Below, one piece after another: positions 9,949 to 20,023 of a stretch of DNA of 64,000 nt; the first letter of the stretch is position 1, and each line of letters begins with the position of its first letter. A program made the translations under genes and the position numbers. The DNA lies in IMG/VR virus record IMGVR_UViG_3300010413_000018, positions 64,001 through 128,000 of that record. One strand, written 5' to 3'. The notes beneath the pieces were generated by a model. It worked only from the letters and a program-made list of their open reading frames with translations. It was not told where the DNA came from and searched no databases. The stretch comes from a virus.

Positions 9949-10659
9949 TCACACCGGTAAAGCGTTGCGAACTCCCTGCAAAAAATCCCTCACATCTTCA
10001 ATGGGTTCAATAGCCGCTGCCGGATCATCCCCTAAGCCACCTTCAAATGAAGGAATAGCTTCCATTCCTGCTAAGCTTCCCAATGAATTCACAACGGTTA
10101 TCAGCGGGTTTATAGAAGCAAAAAGCGCTTCTATGTTGCTTAATTGTGCAGTTACAGTACGCTCACCGCAATCAATAATAGTAGCCAATCCTGGTGCATT
10201 AATTGCTTGGGCGCGGGAAATTCTCGCCAACAAGTTAATTACTGCATTTAGTTCATTAATAATGGCGGTTAGTAAAAGAATGAGAGCATCCAAAAATCCA
10301 GCGATCATTAATGGAACCGACACTTGGGGTAAAAGCAGTAAAAGTTTTTCTACCTTTTCCACCAAATTAGGTATACATTCTGCTAGCTTAGTCGGGTCTG
10401 GTGGTGGCCCTAATGAATCCGGAATTGCTTGGACGCATTCGAGAACGGCGGCGATTGCTCCTATAATGTCAAAGATCGGTGAAAGTGGAGCCATTGCTGA
10501 GTTGGCCTGCCCGAGCAATGATCTAACCAGTTCCAGCACGCTAGGCGGAAACCCTTCAGTGTGTGAACAAACGGTTGCTCCGCCAGGAAATGTAATGCAG
10601 AGATCAAATTGTCCTTCCGGTATGGCGGAACAAAGTTCTTCGATGAGTGGCAGTCCCAT
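9949..10659 (-). CDS. Hypothetical helical protein downstream of the spike gene
   Basis: TAATG coupling to gpV; long amphipathic/hydrophobic helices. Confidence 0.55.
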   Translation of the reverse strand: MGLPLIEELCSAIPEGQFDLCITFPGGATVCSHTEGFPPSVLELVRSLLGQANSAMAPLSPIFDIIGAIAAVLECVQAIPDSLGPPPDPTKLAECIPNLVEKVEKLLLLLPQVSVPLMIAGFLDALILLLTAIINELNAVINLLARISRAQAINAPGLATIIDCGERTVTAQLSNIEALFASINPLITVVNSLGSLAGMEAIPSFEGGLGDDPAAAIEPIEDVRDFLQGVRNALPV

Positions 10660-11264
10660 TAAATTGGATCCGTGGTTTCGCGGACTACGCGTCCGTTAAT
10701 GTTTACCTGAAGCGCGTCGATGCTGACTGCTCCAGTGCTCTCAATTCGTACCGCTACGGTTCCTTTAATTCTAACGCCGTGATTTACTCCGTCGATCTCA
10801 ATGATGTCTTCATCAGGCGAGTTTTTGTCTCTAATCGTGAGGCGTTCGTGGCCTTCGTTGTCGTCTATAACTATTTCGTATCCACGTGTTTCAATTGCAG
10901 TTACATTAGGGATTTCATTGGTATCGTATGTGGTGCCGTCTTCTGCCGTTAGCACTGATGATGGAAGTTCAGACTGTCCGCTAGGGCGCCCCCATGCTCC
11001 CGCTAAATATCGCGGATGGTCGACATCCCCCATTTTGAAAAATACAGCAACTTCGGCGCCTACTTCTGGAACAAAAAATAAACCTTTGGCAGCGCTGCCT
11101 GCTCCCGGCATTCCTATGGGAAGTGCCCATACTCCTGGATCGGCGATTAGTCCTGGCACGCGTATGCGCACACGACCAATTTTTTTAGGATCATTACGGT
11201 CAGTAACCACTCCGTCGTACACCGCGTAGTGTTGCGGGTCTGGAGAATTATCGAGCATAGTCAT
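10659..11264 (-). CDS. Baseplate spike (gpV / gp5 OB-fold)
   Basis: GVVTDRNDPKKIGRVRIRVP...WA...GLFFVPEVGAEVAVFFKMGDVDHPRYLAG. Confidence 0.9.
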   Translation of the reverse strand: MTMLDNSPDPQHYAVYDGVVTDRNDPKKIGRVRIRVPGLIADPGVWALPIGMPGAGSAAKGLFFVPEVGAEVAVFFKMGDVDHPRYLAGAWGRPSGQSELPSSVLTAEDGTTYDTNEIPNVTAIETRGYEIVIDDNEGHERLTIRDKNSPDEDIIEIDGVNHGVRIKGTVAVRIESTGAVSIDALQVNINGRVVRETTDPI

Positions 11265-12549
11265 CGCTCCGTGGTTTACGGCGTTTTTTATTATCTTGAA
11301 ATGACTTTACCGTCTTTCCAGTTTCAGGGTCGATCTTTTCAACTGTAGCTAAATCAGCAGGACCGTCAACTTTTTGCTTGTCGTCTTCTTCTTTTTTGGC
11401 GCGCTTACCGTTAGCCGATGGACCTACTTGAATTCCGGATAAGCCGCTTGCTCGCTTACTTTTAGTGGAGTGCCCTCCCGAGCCGTCTGATATGCCTTCA
11501 ATCAACATTGTGTAGCCAGTTGTGATGGTGTGCACTACTTTGCGAATATAATATTTTTGGCTTAAACGCTTGCCAACGTTTTCAAGTTTAAACACGCTTT
11601 TTGCAACTATTGACGGATCGCCTTCAACGGTTAGTTTAATTTTTACTGCAACTTGCTGCACTTTTCTAAAGCGACCGGCTGCTTGCCGTTTTGCCGCTGC
11701 GTCTGATTCTTCGGAACTAGCTTGAGTGGTTTCTTGGCCTACTTTCGATAAACCTAGACTTTTTCCCGTTTCCGGATCAATAAGTTCAACCAGCTCTGCT
11801 AGCACTCCGCGTTTGTTATCAGAATTGTTATCTGCTTCTTCATCAACGTCTTTTCTGTTTTCTGGGTCGCGCCCTTTTACTTTTACTTTTCCAGGTTTAG
11901 CAGTAACGTCGTTTTCTATTTCTATGTCAATGATTTCCCCTTGGCGTTCATTAATATTGTAGTAAACGTAAGTCTTAATCGCATCTTGAGCGACGTCGCG
12001 TTCGTGGAAGTGAAAACCATCCCAGTCAACGTACCATTCAAACGATTCTTTGTGAGCCAAGCGCCGTAAAAATTGTGCGTCGGTTAAGCCGGCTTGTGCG
12101 ATTGTTTCATACACTACTTCAGTGTCTTGAATATGCACCACATCTTCGCCGGAGTATCCGAGTTCTGCGGCTATTTCTTCAGCGACAGCGGATCTAGTTT
12201 TATTTTCAAAAATTCTGTTCTTCACAACTTTGTTGGCGAGTACTTCTTTTCCGTGTGCTTCGACCGACAACGTAAGAAATCCAGTTACTTTTACAATTTG
12301 AAGCGATCGTATCGGAGCCATTGCGTCGGGGTAACCCCACGAAACTTCGATCATGTTGCCTTTTTTCCAAACTGGGTCTTCGAAATTTGCTAAATCGCTG
12401 TTATCAATAGTAAGGCTTAACTTATCAGCTGCTCGTTCATTGTCTTCATAACTAAACGTCAACACTTGCCCGGTTAGATCGACGCGCTCATCGCCGCCTT
12501 CTTCTGGCTTAACACGAACAAAAAATACTGGCTCATAGCGTTCGGTCAT
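11248..12549 (-). CDS. Baseplate hub (late control D / gpD-like)
   Basis: FSYEDNERAADKLSLTIDN...GNMIEVSWGY; QAGLTDAQFLRRLA; GDPSIVAK...YYIRKVVHTI. Confidence 0.85.
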   Translation of the reverse strand: MTERYEPVFFVRVKPEEGGDERVDLTGQVLTFSYEDNERAADKLSLTIDNSDLANFEDPVWKKGNMIEVSWGYPDAMAPIRSLQIVKVTGFLTLSVEAHGKEVLANKVVKNRIFENKTRSAVAEEIAAELGYSGEDVVHIQDTEVVYETIAQAGLTDAQFLRRLAHKESFEWYVDWDGFHFHERDVAQDAIKTYVYYNINERQGEIIDIEIENDVTAKPGKVKVKGRDPENRKDVDEEADNNSDNKRGVLAELVELIDPETGKSLGLSKVGQETTQASSEESDAAAKRQAAGRFRKVQQVAVKIKLTVEGDPSIVAKSVFKLENVGKRLSQKYYIRKVVHTITTGYTMLIEGISDGSGGHSTKSKRASGLSGIQVGPSANGKRAKKEEDDKQKVDGPADLATVEKIDPETGKTVKSFQDNKKRRKPRSDDYAR

Positions 12550-12890
12550 ACCTCTGTTTCTCTGCGCCTTTCTTCGTTGAATATGCGTTCAATTACGGTT
12601 CTTACCGATGGAATTACAATAGTTGTTCCTGCAGCTAATTGAATGGTTGGATCATGAATAGGAGTGGGTTGAAAGTCTGCTATCACCCACCATAAACCGG
12701 CCGGCCGATCAAGAGGCTGAAAATACTTTCCAGCTAAAGTGTATAATGTGTCTCCTTGTTGCACGACTACTTTACGATTATCGTTGAATGCTTTATAGCG
12801 GAACGGAATACGGTCTGTTAGATAACTGAGATCGTCGTCGTCAGTAGTACTCGTGGTAAACGTGTGCCGTGAAAATTGTTTTGGAGGCAT
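12546..12890 (-). CDS. LysM / tail X (gp53-like) baseplate protein
   Basis: VVQQGDTLYTLAGKYF...LWWVIADFQ...IVIPS. Confidence 0.8.
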   Translation of the reverse strand: MPPKQFSRHTFTTSTTDDDDLSYLTDRIPFRYKAFNDNRKVVVQQGDTLYTLAGKYFQPLDRPAGLWWVIADFQPTPIHDPTIQLAAGTTIVIPSVRTVIERIFNEERRRETEV

Positions 12891-13429
12891 TAGGTACCCT
12901 CATCTTCAAGGCTCAATCCAGAGCCTAGTCGCAAAACGTTGTCTTCAGCAACTTCGTCAAAGTGTAAGCGCACGTCGCGGATTTCTTCAAGATTTATACT
13001 GCAATTAAACTGTGTGGATCGACCTTCGTGGTTGAACAGTTCATGGGTAATACTGGCGCTTCCCATTACGCACTTTAGCGAAAGCATTTTTGGCCAGTAC
13101 AGTAAAAGAGTAGGCGCTCCGCCTCCGACAATATCGTTACTGATACTACGCGGATAAGCCCACGATAGTATCTGACGCCGCGCATAATGAATCTTTTCAA
13201 GTTCATCGCGTGTCATTGCGCGAAAAAACAACTCTAAGCTTATTTTAAAATTGGAAGTGTGAATGAAGTGAAGCTTTTCATGCGATTGGCCAGGCATGGC
13301 TAAGCGTGCCCAGTTTACTTCTATCTGCTCTTGCAGCTTAGTCGGATTAAATTGCACTTCCAGTTCATCTCCGCTAATCAGGTTAGCCAAGATTAGCTTA
13401 GGAGGATTCTTTGTTACAGCATCCATCAT
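12890..13429 (-). CDS. Tail tube initiator (CIS tube-like / gpU-like)
   Basis: LEVQFNPTKL...GGAPTLLLYW...CSINLEE; located right after the tape measure gene. Confidence 0.75.
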   Translation of the reverse strand: MMDAVTKNPPKLILANLISGDELEVQFNPTKLQEQIEVNWARLAMPGQSHEKLHFIHTSNFKISLELFFRAMTRDELEKIHYARRQILSWAYPRSISNDIVGGGAPTLLLYWPKMLSLKCVMGSASITHELFNHEGRSTQFNCSINLEEIRDVRLHFDEVAEDNVLRLGSGLSLEDEGT

Positions 13430-15819
13430 TCCTCCGCTACTGGTTGACCAGCGCGCGCTCGTTGACTGCGTTCAGCGCGAGCCACTGCTTCTCCAACGCG
13501 CGATCCATCAATATTCAACGTTACAATGGTGGGTTTCTTTTCTATTGCCTTTTTAAGTTCAGCCAAAGCTTTGTCGCTAGTGTTTGCATTTTTCATTAAA
13601 TTAGCGAGCATTGCTGTTGATTCAGTGACTGCTACACTTGGTGTTGGTGCAGTAGTGGATATGGGTGGAGCAATAATATTGCTGGCCGCTTTTCCTGGTG
13701 CTGGTGGTGCGTTTCCAATTTCATTTGGATTAATTAGCGCGGCGCCTACACCACGTTGGGCAGTACGTGGAACTTCTGGTAGAAACGCATTAAACAATTT
13801 ACCGAACGTGCTCTCACTAATTTTTTCACCTATTTTGACTAGCCAATCCCACACTTCTTTTAGCACGTCGACAAATTTTGCGGTGCTTTCTTTAGCAATG
13901 ATCATGTACTGCGCAAAGGTGTCTCCGATGAATGATCCTATTTTTACTAACCACCCAAAAAACTCAATAAGTCCAGTAATTAACATTGCAATTCCGCTAA
14001 AAAAACTAGCGATAACGTATCCTATACCGGCACCTGCTTCGTTGAACCGGTCTGATGGAACTCCAGATATTCCGCCGATGCTAAACCCGAGTTCACTAAA
14101 TGCTTCCATCAATCGACGAATAGCTTCGCCTAGCCCACCGAACACTGGCGAAAACGCTTCCATTGTTTGAGTGAAGCCTTGCTTAATGCCTTCAAAAAAT
14201 CTTTTTATGCGATAAAAGATCATATAGATGGTGATAACAAATTTACGGATACCTTTGTTTTCCGCTTTACTCATTTCTTTACTTATGGCTTCAGAAAACC
14301 CACCTTTACTAAATAAATCTGTTAGGCCATTCCATAATAGCTTTATGCCATCAACAAAACGTTTCCACATATCGCCTAAACCGCCAATATTGTTGCGAAT
14401 CATGTATGCGGCTAGGGCAACTGCTGCGGCAAAGCCGGCCAGGACTAAAGCCACTATTCCGGCTGCATACGCCATGGCTCCTAATACCATTACAAAGGTT
14501 GACATAAACGGTAGCAGAAGGGTTATTCCACCAGCGATAACGAGTGCGGTTCCCAGTACAACTGCTAGCGCTCCGACTGCGAGCACTAATCCTGCAATAA
14601 GCTTTTTAGTACCTTCTGGCAGAGCTTTAAAAAATCTAATTATTTTGTTTAAACCATCGAGCAGTACTGTGACTAATGGCTTTAGAACTTTAGCAAATGA
14701 CTTTCCGAGTAGTACGCGAAAAGTTTTTACACTGCCTGCTAGTAGTACTTTCTGGCCTTCCCACGTTTCCAGAAGTTTGGCCCGAAATTCAGCAGCGGCA
14801 CCAGCTGCTTCTTTCATTTGTTTGCGTAAGTACGCGACGGCGTCTGCTCCTTTATATATTTTACCGGTGGCGTCTCTTATTCCAGTTTCCAGCTGTTTAC
14901 TAATTCCGGCATATGCTGCTATACCAAATCGTCCAAACAACTTTTGTGCTTTTTCTGCTTTTGCTGCAGCGTTTGGTATGCGCTTTTCTAGCTGCTCACT
15001 GGTATCCATCACGATGTCCATGAACGGTCTAAATTCTCCTTTGGCGTCGGTTACTGCTACGCCTATTTCTTTGAATTTTTTGGCATTCTTGGCCATGAAT
15101 ATTAATGCTGATGAAGTTGCGCTCGCGGCTACTGATGCGTCTACACCAGTGTTTTTAATAAGTCCTATGGAAGGCAGCATTTCGTCAATGGACTGCTTTG
15201 CTAAAACAGCACCGCGCGCTACCGTACCAAGAGCTAATTGTAAGTCGCCGGCTTGAAGCGCAGTTGCGTTTGAAATACGCAGTAATTTGTCCGTTGTGAT
15301 GGTCGCTTGATCTGCTTCTAGCCCAAAGATGCGTAGCGCTGAGGCGGTAGTTTGCGCTGCTTGCGCAACAGAAATTTGTCCGCCAGCCGCTAAGTCTAAC
15401 GCAGGAACAAGGGTTTTAATTTGCTGTGCAGTATTAAAACCCATTGTACCGAGTACGGTTAAACCTTCAGCAGCTTGAGTAGGATCAAACTGTGTGGCAA
15501 TACCTGCATCAATTGCAGCATTTTCCAGTAACTTCATTTCTGCAGCGGTCGCGCGCGATATAGCTCCAGCCTTCGCTAATTGCTGCTCAAAAGCTCCTGC
15601 TTCGTTGGCTAGGTTTAGCGCGCCACTTAACGTTGCCATGCCTGCACCGGCCGTAATTGCGCCAGTAGCGAGCATTACGAACCCACTTCCTACAGTCTTG
15701 GCTAGCTTTTTCGAATCGCCTTCAACTAAGCCAAATTGGCGGCGAATATTTTTCATGACGGGCGTAACTTGATCGCGCCCTTGGAAAACCATACCTAGTC
15801 CGAAGTTGTTTAAAGGCAT
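13426..15819 (-). CDS. Tail tape measure protein (TP901-like core)
   Basis: FEQQLAKAGAIS...TQFDPTQAAEGLTVLGTMG...LDLAAGG core, hydrophobic mid-region, Ala/Gly-rich helices; 797 aa. Confidence 0.92.
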   Translation of the reverse strand: MPLNNFGLGMVFQGRDQVTPVMKNIRRQFGLVEGDSKKLAKTVGSGFVMLATGAITAGAGMATLSGALNLANEAGAFEQQLAKAGAISRATAAEMKLLENAAIDAGIATQFDPTQAAEGLTVLGTMGFNTAQQIKTLVPALDLAAGGQISVAQAAQTTASALRIFGLEADQATITTDKLLRISNATALQAGDLQLALGTVARGAVLAKQSIDEMLPSIGLIKNTGVDASVAASATSSALIFMAKNAKKFKEIGVAVTDAKGEFRPFMDIVMDTSEQLEKRIPNAAAKAEKAQKLFGRFGIAAYAGISKQLETGIRDATGKIYKGADAVAYLRKQMKEAAGAAAEFRAKLLETWEGQKVLLAGSVKTFRVLLGKSFAKVLKPLVTVLLDGLNKIIRFFKALPEGTKKLIAGLVLAVGALAVVLGTALVIAGGITLLLPFMSTFVMVLGAMAYAAGIVALVLAGFAAAVALAAYMIRNNIGGLGDMWKRFVDGIKLLWNGLTDLFSKGGFSEAISKEMSKAENKGIRKFVITIYMIFYRIKRFFEGIKQGFTQTMEAFSPVFGGLGEAIRRLMEAFSELGFSIGGISGVPSDRFNEAGAGIGYVIASFFSGIAMLITGLIEFFGWLVKIGSFIGDTFAQYMIIAKESTAKFVDVLKEVWDWLVKIGEKISESTFGKLFNAFLPEVPRTAQRGVGAALINPNEIGNAPPAPGKAASNIIAPPISTTAPTPSVAVTESTAMLANLMKNANTSDKALAELKKAIEKKPTIVTLNIDGSRVGEAVARAERSQRARAGQPVAEE

Positions 15820-15829
15820 ACTCTTTATT

Positions 15830-16126
15830 CTACTTCTTTTTTGTTGCTCGTGCGATCTCTGCTGCTTCGCGTCGGCGAGTATCGCCTAAACGTTCCGCCA
15901 AGCCGTCGATGTCGTTTAGATCTAAATTTAGCACTTCGGAGTAGGTTATGTTAAGGCCAGAACCTCCGTGTTGATGATAAATCAAATTAAAAATTATGTC
16001 GAGTTCTACGTCTTTATCGATAAATGGCACAAGGCCAAAAATAAAGTCGTACGGATTACTGCCAGCGTCGCTGTTTAAGAGTTCTTCGAGTGACGCCGAG
16101 GTAGAAAGAACTCCGCTCCGAAAGGG
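15830..16126 (-). CDS. Tail assembly chaperone frameshift extension (lambda gpT-like), -1 frame of the upstream gene
   Basis: The frame is open from the slippery site at 16126 to TAG at 15830: PFRSGVLSTSASLEELLNSDAGSNPYDFIFGLVPFIDKDVELDIIFNLIYHQHGGSG... Confidence 0.7.
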   Translation of the reverse strand, partial: PFRSGVLSTSASLEELLNSDAGSNPYDFIFGLVPFIDKDVELDIIFNLIYHQHGGSGLNITYSEVLNLDLNDIDGLAERLGDTRRREAAEIARATKKK

Positions 16127-16818
16127 AGGTCTACCTCAAACGTATTCCCACAATGTGTGCACTCAATCTCAATAGTGGTTTCTAGACCACCATCTTGTTC
16201 GTCAAACGCATCGAGCATGTCGCGGTACTTACTGAGTTCCAGTTCTTCGAGCCAAGCGCGTTTACGATTGGTGTCGATTCCTTCTATTTCAACAATGCGT
16301 AAGCTCAGCAGATCAAGCAAACGCTGTTCCTGTCCGCGTAAAAACTTTGCGGCTTTCCGTTCGTCTTTTCCAGTGGTCAGGCGGTAGCTTATTGTTTTAC
16401 CGTCGATTTCAGCGGTTACGGGAGCGCCTGCTTTAAACTTGACTAAACTGTCTTCTGGTACTGGTTTAACGGGTAGGTCGTCAAAATCAATTTCCCAGCT
16501 AAAAGTTTCTTCACACGCTCGATTCGGGCAGGTTACTTTGAAACTGTATGGGTCGTTTGGATAAGTGGCTTGGCGTATTTGAATTAAAATATACAGGCGA
16601 TCGGCCACCAGTACGTCGAGCCAGTTTGGGTTGCCTCTATCGTTCAGTTCATACGGTCCAGCATCGTCTGTTTGCAGCCAACACGCGTTCAAAAGGTTGT
16701 CGAACAGTTCGCCTGTTTTGGCTGCTTTTCTGTTGCCCAACAGATTCATTTCACGACCTTTTAAACCTCTAACGCGTCCAGATAAACCTGACGGACAAGT
16801 TATTGATTTTTCTGGCAT
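16075..16818 (-). CDS. Tail assembly chaperone (T4 gp26-like, two CxxC-type motifs)
   Basis: Between tube and tape measure; DRLYILIQIRQATY, CPNRAC, CTHCG, DLPFGAEFF. Confidence 0.75.
   Translation of the reverse strand: MPEKSITCPSGLSGRVRGLKGREMNLLGNRKAAKTGELFDNLLNACWLQTDDAGPYELNDRGNPNWLDVLVADRLYILIQIRQATYPNDPYSFKVTCPNRACEETFSWEIDFDDLPVKPVPEDSLVKFKAGAPVTAEIDGKTISYRLTTGKDERKAAKFLRGQEQRLLDLLSLRIVEIEGIDTNRKRAWLEELELSKYRDMLDAFDEQDGGLETTIEIECTHCGNTFEVDLPFGAEFFLPRRHSKNS
16120..16126 (-). other. -1 programmed ribosomal frameshift heptamer C CCT TTC
   Basis: X XXY YYZ pattern in the correct phase. The -1 frame is closed by TGA 9 nt upstream and open downstream. Confidence 0.7.
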
Positions 16819-16839
16819 AATGTCCTTCCTAACGCTAAT

Positions 16840-16861
16840 GCGGCACCACTAAGGGTGCCGC
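16840..16861 (-). terminator. GC-rich stem-loop after the tail tube gene (terminator or mRNA-stabilising hairpin)
   Basis: GCGGCACC-cttagt-GGTGCCGC, perfect 8-bp stem; weak U-tract. Confidence 0.5.
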
Positions 16862-16887
16862 TTGTGGTTTCTTGAAGCGTATCGCGA

Positions 16888-17349
16888 TTACTGAACTAGG
16901 TCAAAGTAATCGTAAGTGAGAGTCACTGACTCGATATTGTTTTCGTCAGCTTCGTTGTCCCAATCGCCGCCAGTAAACTTTACCGGCCAAGCGTTGGTAA
17001 TTCGCCAACGGCGCAGTTCCGATCCGTCACGATCTTGCTGCACAATATCGAGAGTGCGCTTGTAGTCGTCGTCGATCAAGCCAGCGTTAGCTGCCGCATC
17101 AGCGACTTGCTTTACCCAATCCCAAAAGTCGCGGTCATTTGTAGCACCGCGTTCGAGCGTGACGTCGGTAAACGACACCAAGCCAGGGCTTTTGTTGGGA
17201 ATAAGCACTCCGCCTTCGCGGTGTTCAACTTTGGCTATTTCCACCGACAACTCCGAACACGTCTTGAAAGCCGCGCTGGCTATGCTGTCGATTTCAACAA
17301 CAAACTTAAACCGCTTATGGAATGATCTGGGATTTCCGATTACAGCCAT
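16888..17349 (-). CDS. Tail tube protein (T4 gp19-like)
   Basis: FKFVVEID...REGG...KSPG...DVTLERG...[18 protein letters not shown]...IESVTLTYD. Confidence 0.92.
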   Translation of the reverse strand: MAVIGNPRSFHKRFKFVVEIDSIASAAFKTCSELSVEIAKVEHREGGVLIPNKSPGLVSFTDVTLERGATNDRDFWDWVKQVADAAANAGLIDDDYKRTLDIVQQDRDGSELRRWRITNAWPVKFTGGDWDNEADENNIESVTLTYDYFDLVQ

Positions 17350-17363
17350 TGTTTAGCCTCCGT

Positions 17364-19628
17364 CTAACTGGTACCCGCTGCCAGCTCCTCGTCTAGGGCT
17401 CTGGTATCTTGCGAGAAGGTGAGTACGATAAACTCGGCCGGCTTTTGAGTGGCCAGACCGATTCGAGCGTTTAGTTTGCCAGCAAATACTTCACTGGCAG
17501 GATTGAGCGCTTCGGACACGTCAACATAAAACGCCGTTGCCGGATCCGTAGAACGGAAAGCACCGACTTTCATTTGAGTGACCAAAAACGCGGTTATGGT
17601 TCTTGCTACGGTTGCGCGTAGTACGGCGTCGTTGTTCTTGTTGCGCGCGAACTCAAGGCCGGCTTTTACCGACTGCTCAATAAAAATAACTCCACGTCGT
17701 TCACTAACGCTCGGGAAGTTTCCGCCACCTTTGAGTGTGCGCGCGCCGTCGATCGCTATGGGTTGACCGGAAAGCTTGGTAATCGGGTTGATGCGCTTCG
17801 GAAAAACTAGGTCTCTTCGCGCTTCTTCGATTACTTCGTCCGTTTCCAAGCCAATAACGCCCATCAGGCGTCCTTTTTCATTACTGGGAGGATCGTAAAC
17901 GCCACCCACTCGGTCGCCGTCTGTGCGGGCATAACAGCCTGCAATGTGCCCACTGGGCGGGACGGTGATACTCGCAACGTTTCCGAATACGGTAGTGGAA
18001 GGATTGAGAACTTTCACTTGCGGCCAGTAAATAGCTGCAAACTCGGAAAGGTTCATCAGCGCTGCCGTAGTGTCGACGTACGTTATGATTCCGGAAGCGT
18101 CGAGACCGGCCGGAGGATCAAGCACTGCAAACATCGACATGTCGCGCGTTACCTCGCAGTAGGTAATCATAGCGTTATGCACCGCTGCCGTCGGCCGATC
18201 CGGAATGAACAGCACGCGAAGATCCAACGTGGTGTCAAAGGAACGTATACCGGTTTTACCCGTTTCGTCACCAATGAAATCGTTGTCATCGATGCTGGTC
18301 AGCCCGTCGTCACCGCCAGTCAACGGACCGTATGCCACCGGAGTAGCGCCAGGGCTATTTGCCGGTCGCGCCGCAGAGGCGTCAGTAGGATCAACGTCAA
18401 GGTCAACGACGGCTATATACTTGCTGCCGTTGTCTTCATCGTTGATTATAGTTTCGGCGTAGTCGTCATCGTTCGGATCCATGGTCAGATTGGGATAGCG
18501 CTCAACAATAACGCCACCGAACAACACGACCAGATTGAAGCGTGCTGCTTCGCCGGAAGTGGCCGCGCTTATTAGAATAGTGATGCTGTTTCCGTACGTA
18601 CCGTCGTACTTACCATTTACGGTCAGTGTGTCGACGGCTGCTCCGGAAGATCCGGTATGCACCGCGTTATCCAACCCAAGCTCATCATCGAGGGTTGAAG
18701 TGGCTTCGACTTGGATCGTACTGGTGGGTCCAGGTACGTTTCCGTCCGCAGCAACTTGAACTGCTCCGCCTACGTTAGTGACGACTACGTCAGTTACGTC
18801 AGCTTCTATAACAGTTTTTAGTTCCGCTACAGTTACGGCGTCGATGTCACCTACATCACCGGTTCCTTGCACCTCAGTGGTGGAAAAACCGAGCGCGGTA
18901 TTGGCTGTTCCGCCAGTAACCTGCACGTACGAATCAGTGCCTTGAACATCGCTGTTAATGCGCGGGTCACCAGCATTTAGATCGGCGTAACCACCGCTCA
19001 TCTTTGCATTAATCACTGCGATTACTTCCGCACCAGTCGCTGCCGCTATGTTAGCGAATTCAGACGTCAAGAACGTAATGGTTTGTTCTGATCCTTGGTC
19101 GATTTTAATCAACAAGGTTTGCCCATCGGACAACGCATAAGTCGGAGAGTTACTGGCCGTTAGTGTCGCGCGCGCGGCGTCTACCGTGGCCGTGTCCGTC
19201 GCTCCGCCGTCTACGCTAAAGTCTAGCGTTCCGCCTGGATTAAGCGCAAAAGGCTCGGTCGCAGTGCCAAGCACAATCCCAGCAGAAGCGGAAGCTACCG
19301 CTGTTTCCAGATTAAGCGTTGCCGCTACACTGGTCTTGGTGGCCGGAGTTGATACATCAGTGTAGTGAACGGTACGCGTAAAATACAGCACTTGCCCACC
19401 GTTTTCGAAAAAACCACGTACTGCTTGTGCCGCGTATCCATCCGCTATGTCACCGCCGAATACGTTCCTCCACTGAGCGAACGAAGTGCAAAGTGTCGCG
19501 GTTCCGATCGGTCCTTTTTCGGTAATACCAACGCACGCTGCCGTAGCGGTTTGAACGCCAGTTATTGTACGAATCTGAGGTTCTTCCTCTTGTACAACGA
19601 TTTTACTTGCTAAAAGTTCTGCACTCAT
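17364..19628 (-). CDS. Tail sheath protein with inserted surface domains
   Basis: VGITEKGPIG...AVRGFFENGG; FAAIYWPQVKV...VPPSGHIAGCYARTD; INPI...GARTL; PAEFIV. Confidence 0.95.
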   Translation of the reverse strand: MSAELLASKIVVQEEEPQIRTITGVQTATAACVGITEKGPIGTATLCTSFAQWRNVFGGDIADGYAAQAVRGFFENGGQVLYFTRTVHYTDVSTPATKTSVAATLNLETAVASASAGIVLGTATEPFALNPGGTLDFSVDGGATDTATVDAARATLTASNSPTYALSDGQTLLIKIDQGSEQTITFLTSEFANIAAATGAEVIAVINAKMSGGYADLNAGDPRINSDVQGTDSYVQVTGGTANTALGFSTTEVQGTGDVGDIDAVTVAELKTVIEADVTDVVVTNVGGAVQVAADGNVPGPTSTIQVEATSTLDDELGLDNAVHTGSSGAAVDTLTVNGKYDGTYGNSITILISAATSGEAARFNLVVLFGGVIVERYPNLTMDPNDDDYAETIINDEDNGSKYIAVVDLDVDPTDASAARPANSPGATPVAYGPLTGGDDGLTSIDDNDFIGDETGKTGIRSFDTTLDLRVLFIPDRPTAAVHNAMITYCEVTRDMSMFAVLDPPAGLDASGIITYVDTTAALMNLSEFAAIYWPQVKVLNPSTTVFGNVASITVPPSGHIAGCYARTDGDRVGGVYDPPSNEKGRLMGVIGLETDEVIEEARRDLVFPKRINPITKLSGQPIAIDGARTLKGGGNFPSVSERRGVIFIEQSVKAGLEFARNKNNDAVLRATVARTITAFLVTQMKVGAFRSTDPATAFYVDVSEALNPASEVFAGKLNARIGLATQKPAEFIVLTFSQDTRALDEELAAGTS

Positions 19629-20023
19629 TCTTCTTTACCTCCGTCGTCGTCGGGAGTCGGGTTAGACGCTTCAGCTTGTAGTGCTTGCGCACGTTGCATT
19701 TTGCGAGTTCGCGGTGACCGCATTGTTGGGATTGCAATTTTTTCTTCTTGGCGAGTGACTGTAATCCTACCAGATTTCACCAAGTTTTTAATCTGGAGGC
19801 ATCCTTCTATTTCAAGAGGAAGATCGCGCAGTATTCCACGTGCCGGTATTGTTAGCGATCCAGGAATCTTTCTTTGCACGAAACTTTGCTGTTTATTTCC
19901 ATCGCGCTGGTCGGTGGTTTTTACCATTCTCTTTACCTGATAACCCCAGCGTTTCTTCCAGAACGCTGGATGATTCAGAATAAGAACGATTGCCCGTGCG
20001 GTCTTATTACAAATTGTTATCAT
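19625..20023 (-). CDS. Hypothetical basic protein
   Basis: Coupled ORF (ATGA and TAATG overlaps) between the terminator and sheath genes. Confidence 0.55.
   Translation of the reverse strand: MITICNKTARAIVLILNHPAFWKKRWGYQVKRMVKTTDQRDGNKQQSFVQRKIPGSLTIPARGILRDLPLEIEGCLQIKNLVKSGRITVTRQEEKIAIPTMRSPRTRKMQRAQALQAEASNPTPDDDGGKEE

Noticed and set aside
13526-15256. Long plus-strand ORFs (214 and 342 aa) opposite the tape measure gene
   Set aside because: Antisense shadows of an Ala/Gly-rich gene with no motifs or SD. The same applies to most plus-strand ORFs in the track, such as 9914..10699, 17946..18575, 36543..37124 and 53849..54532.
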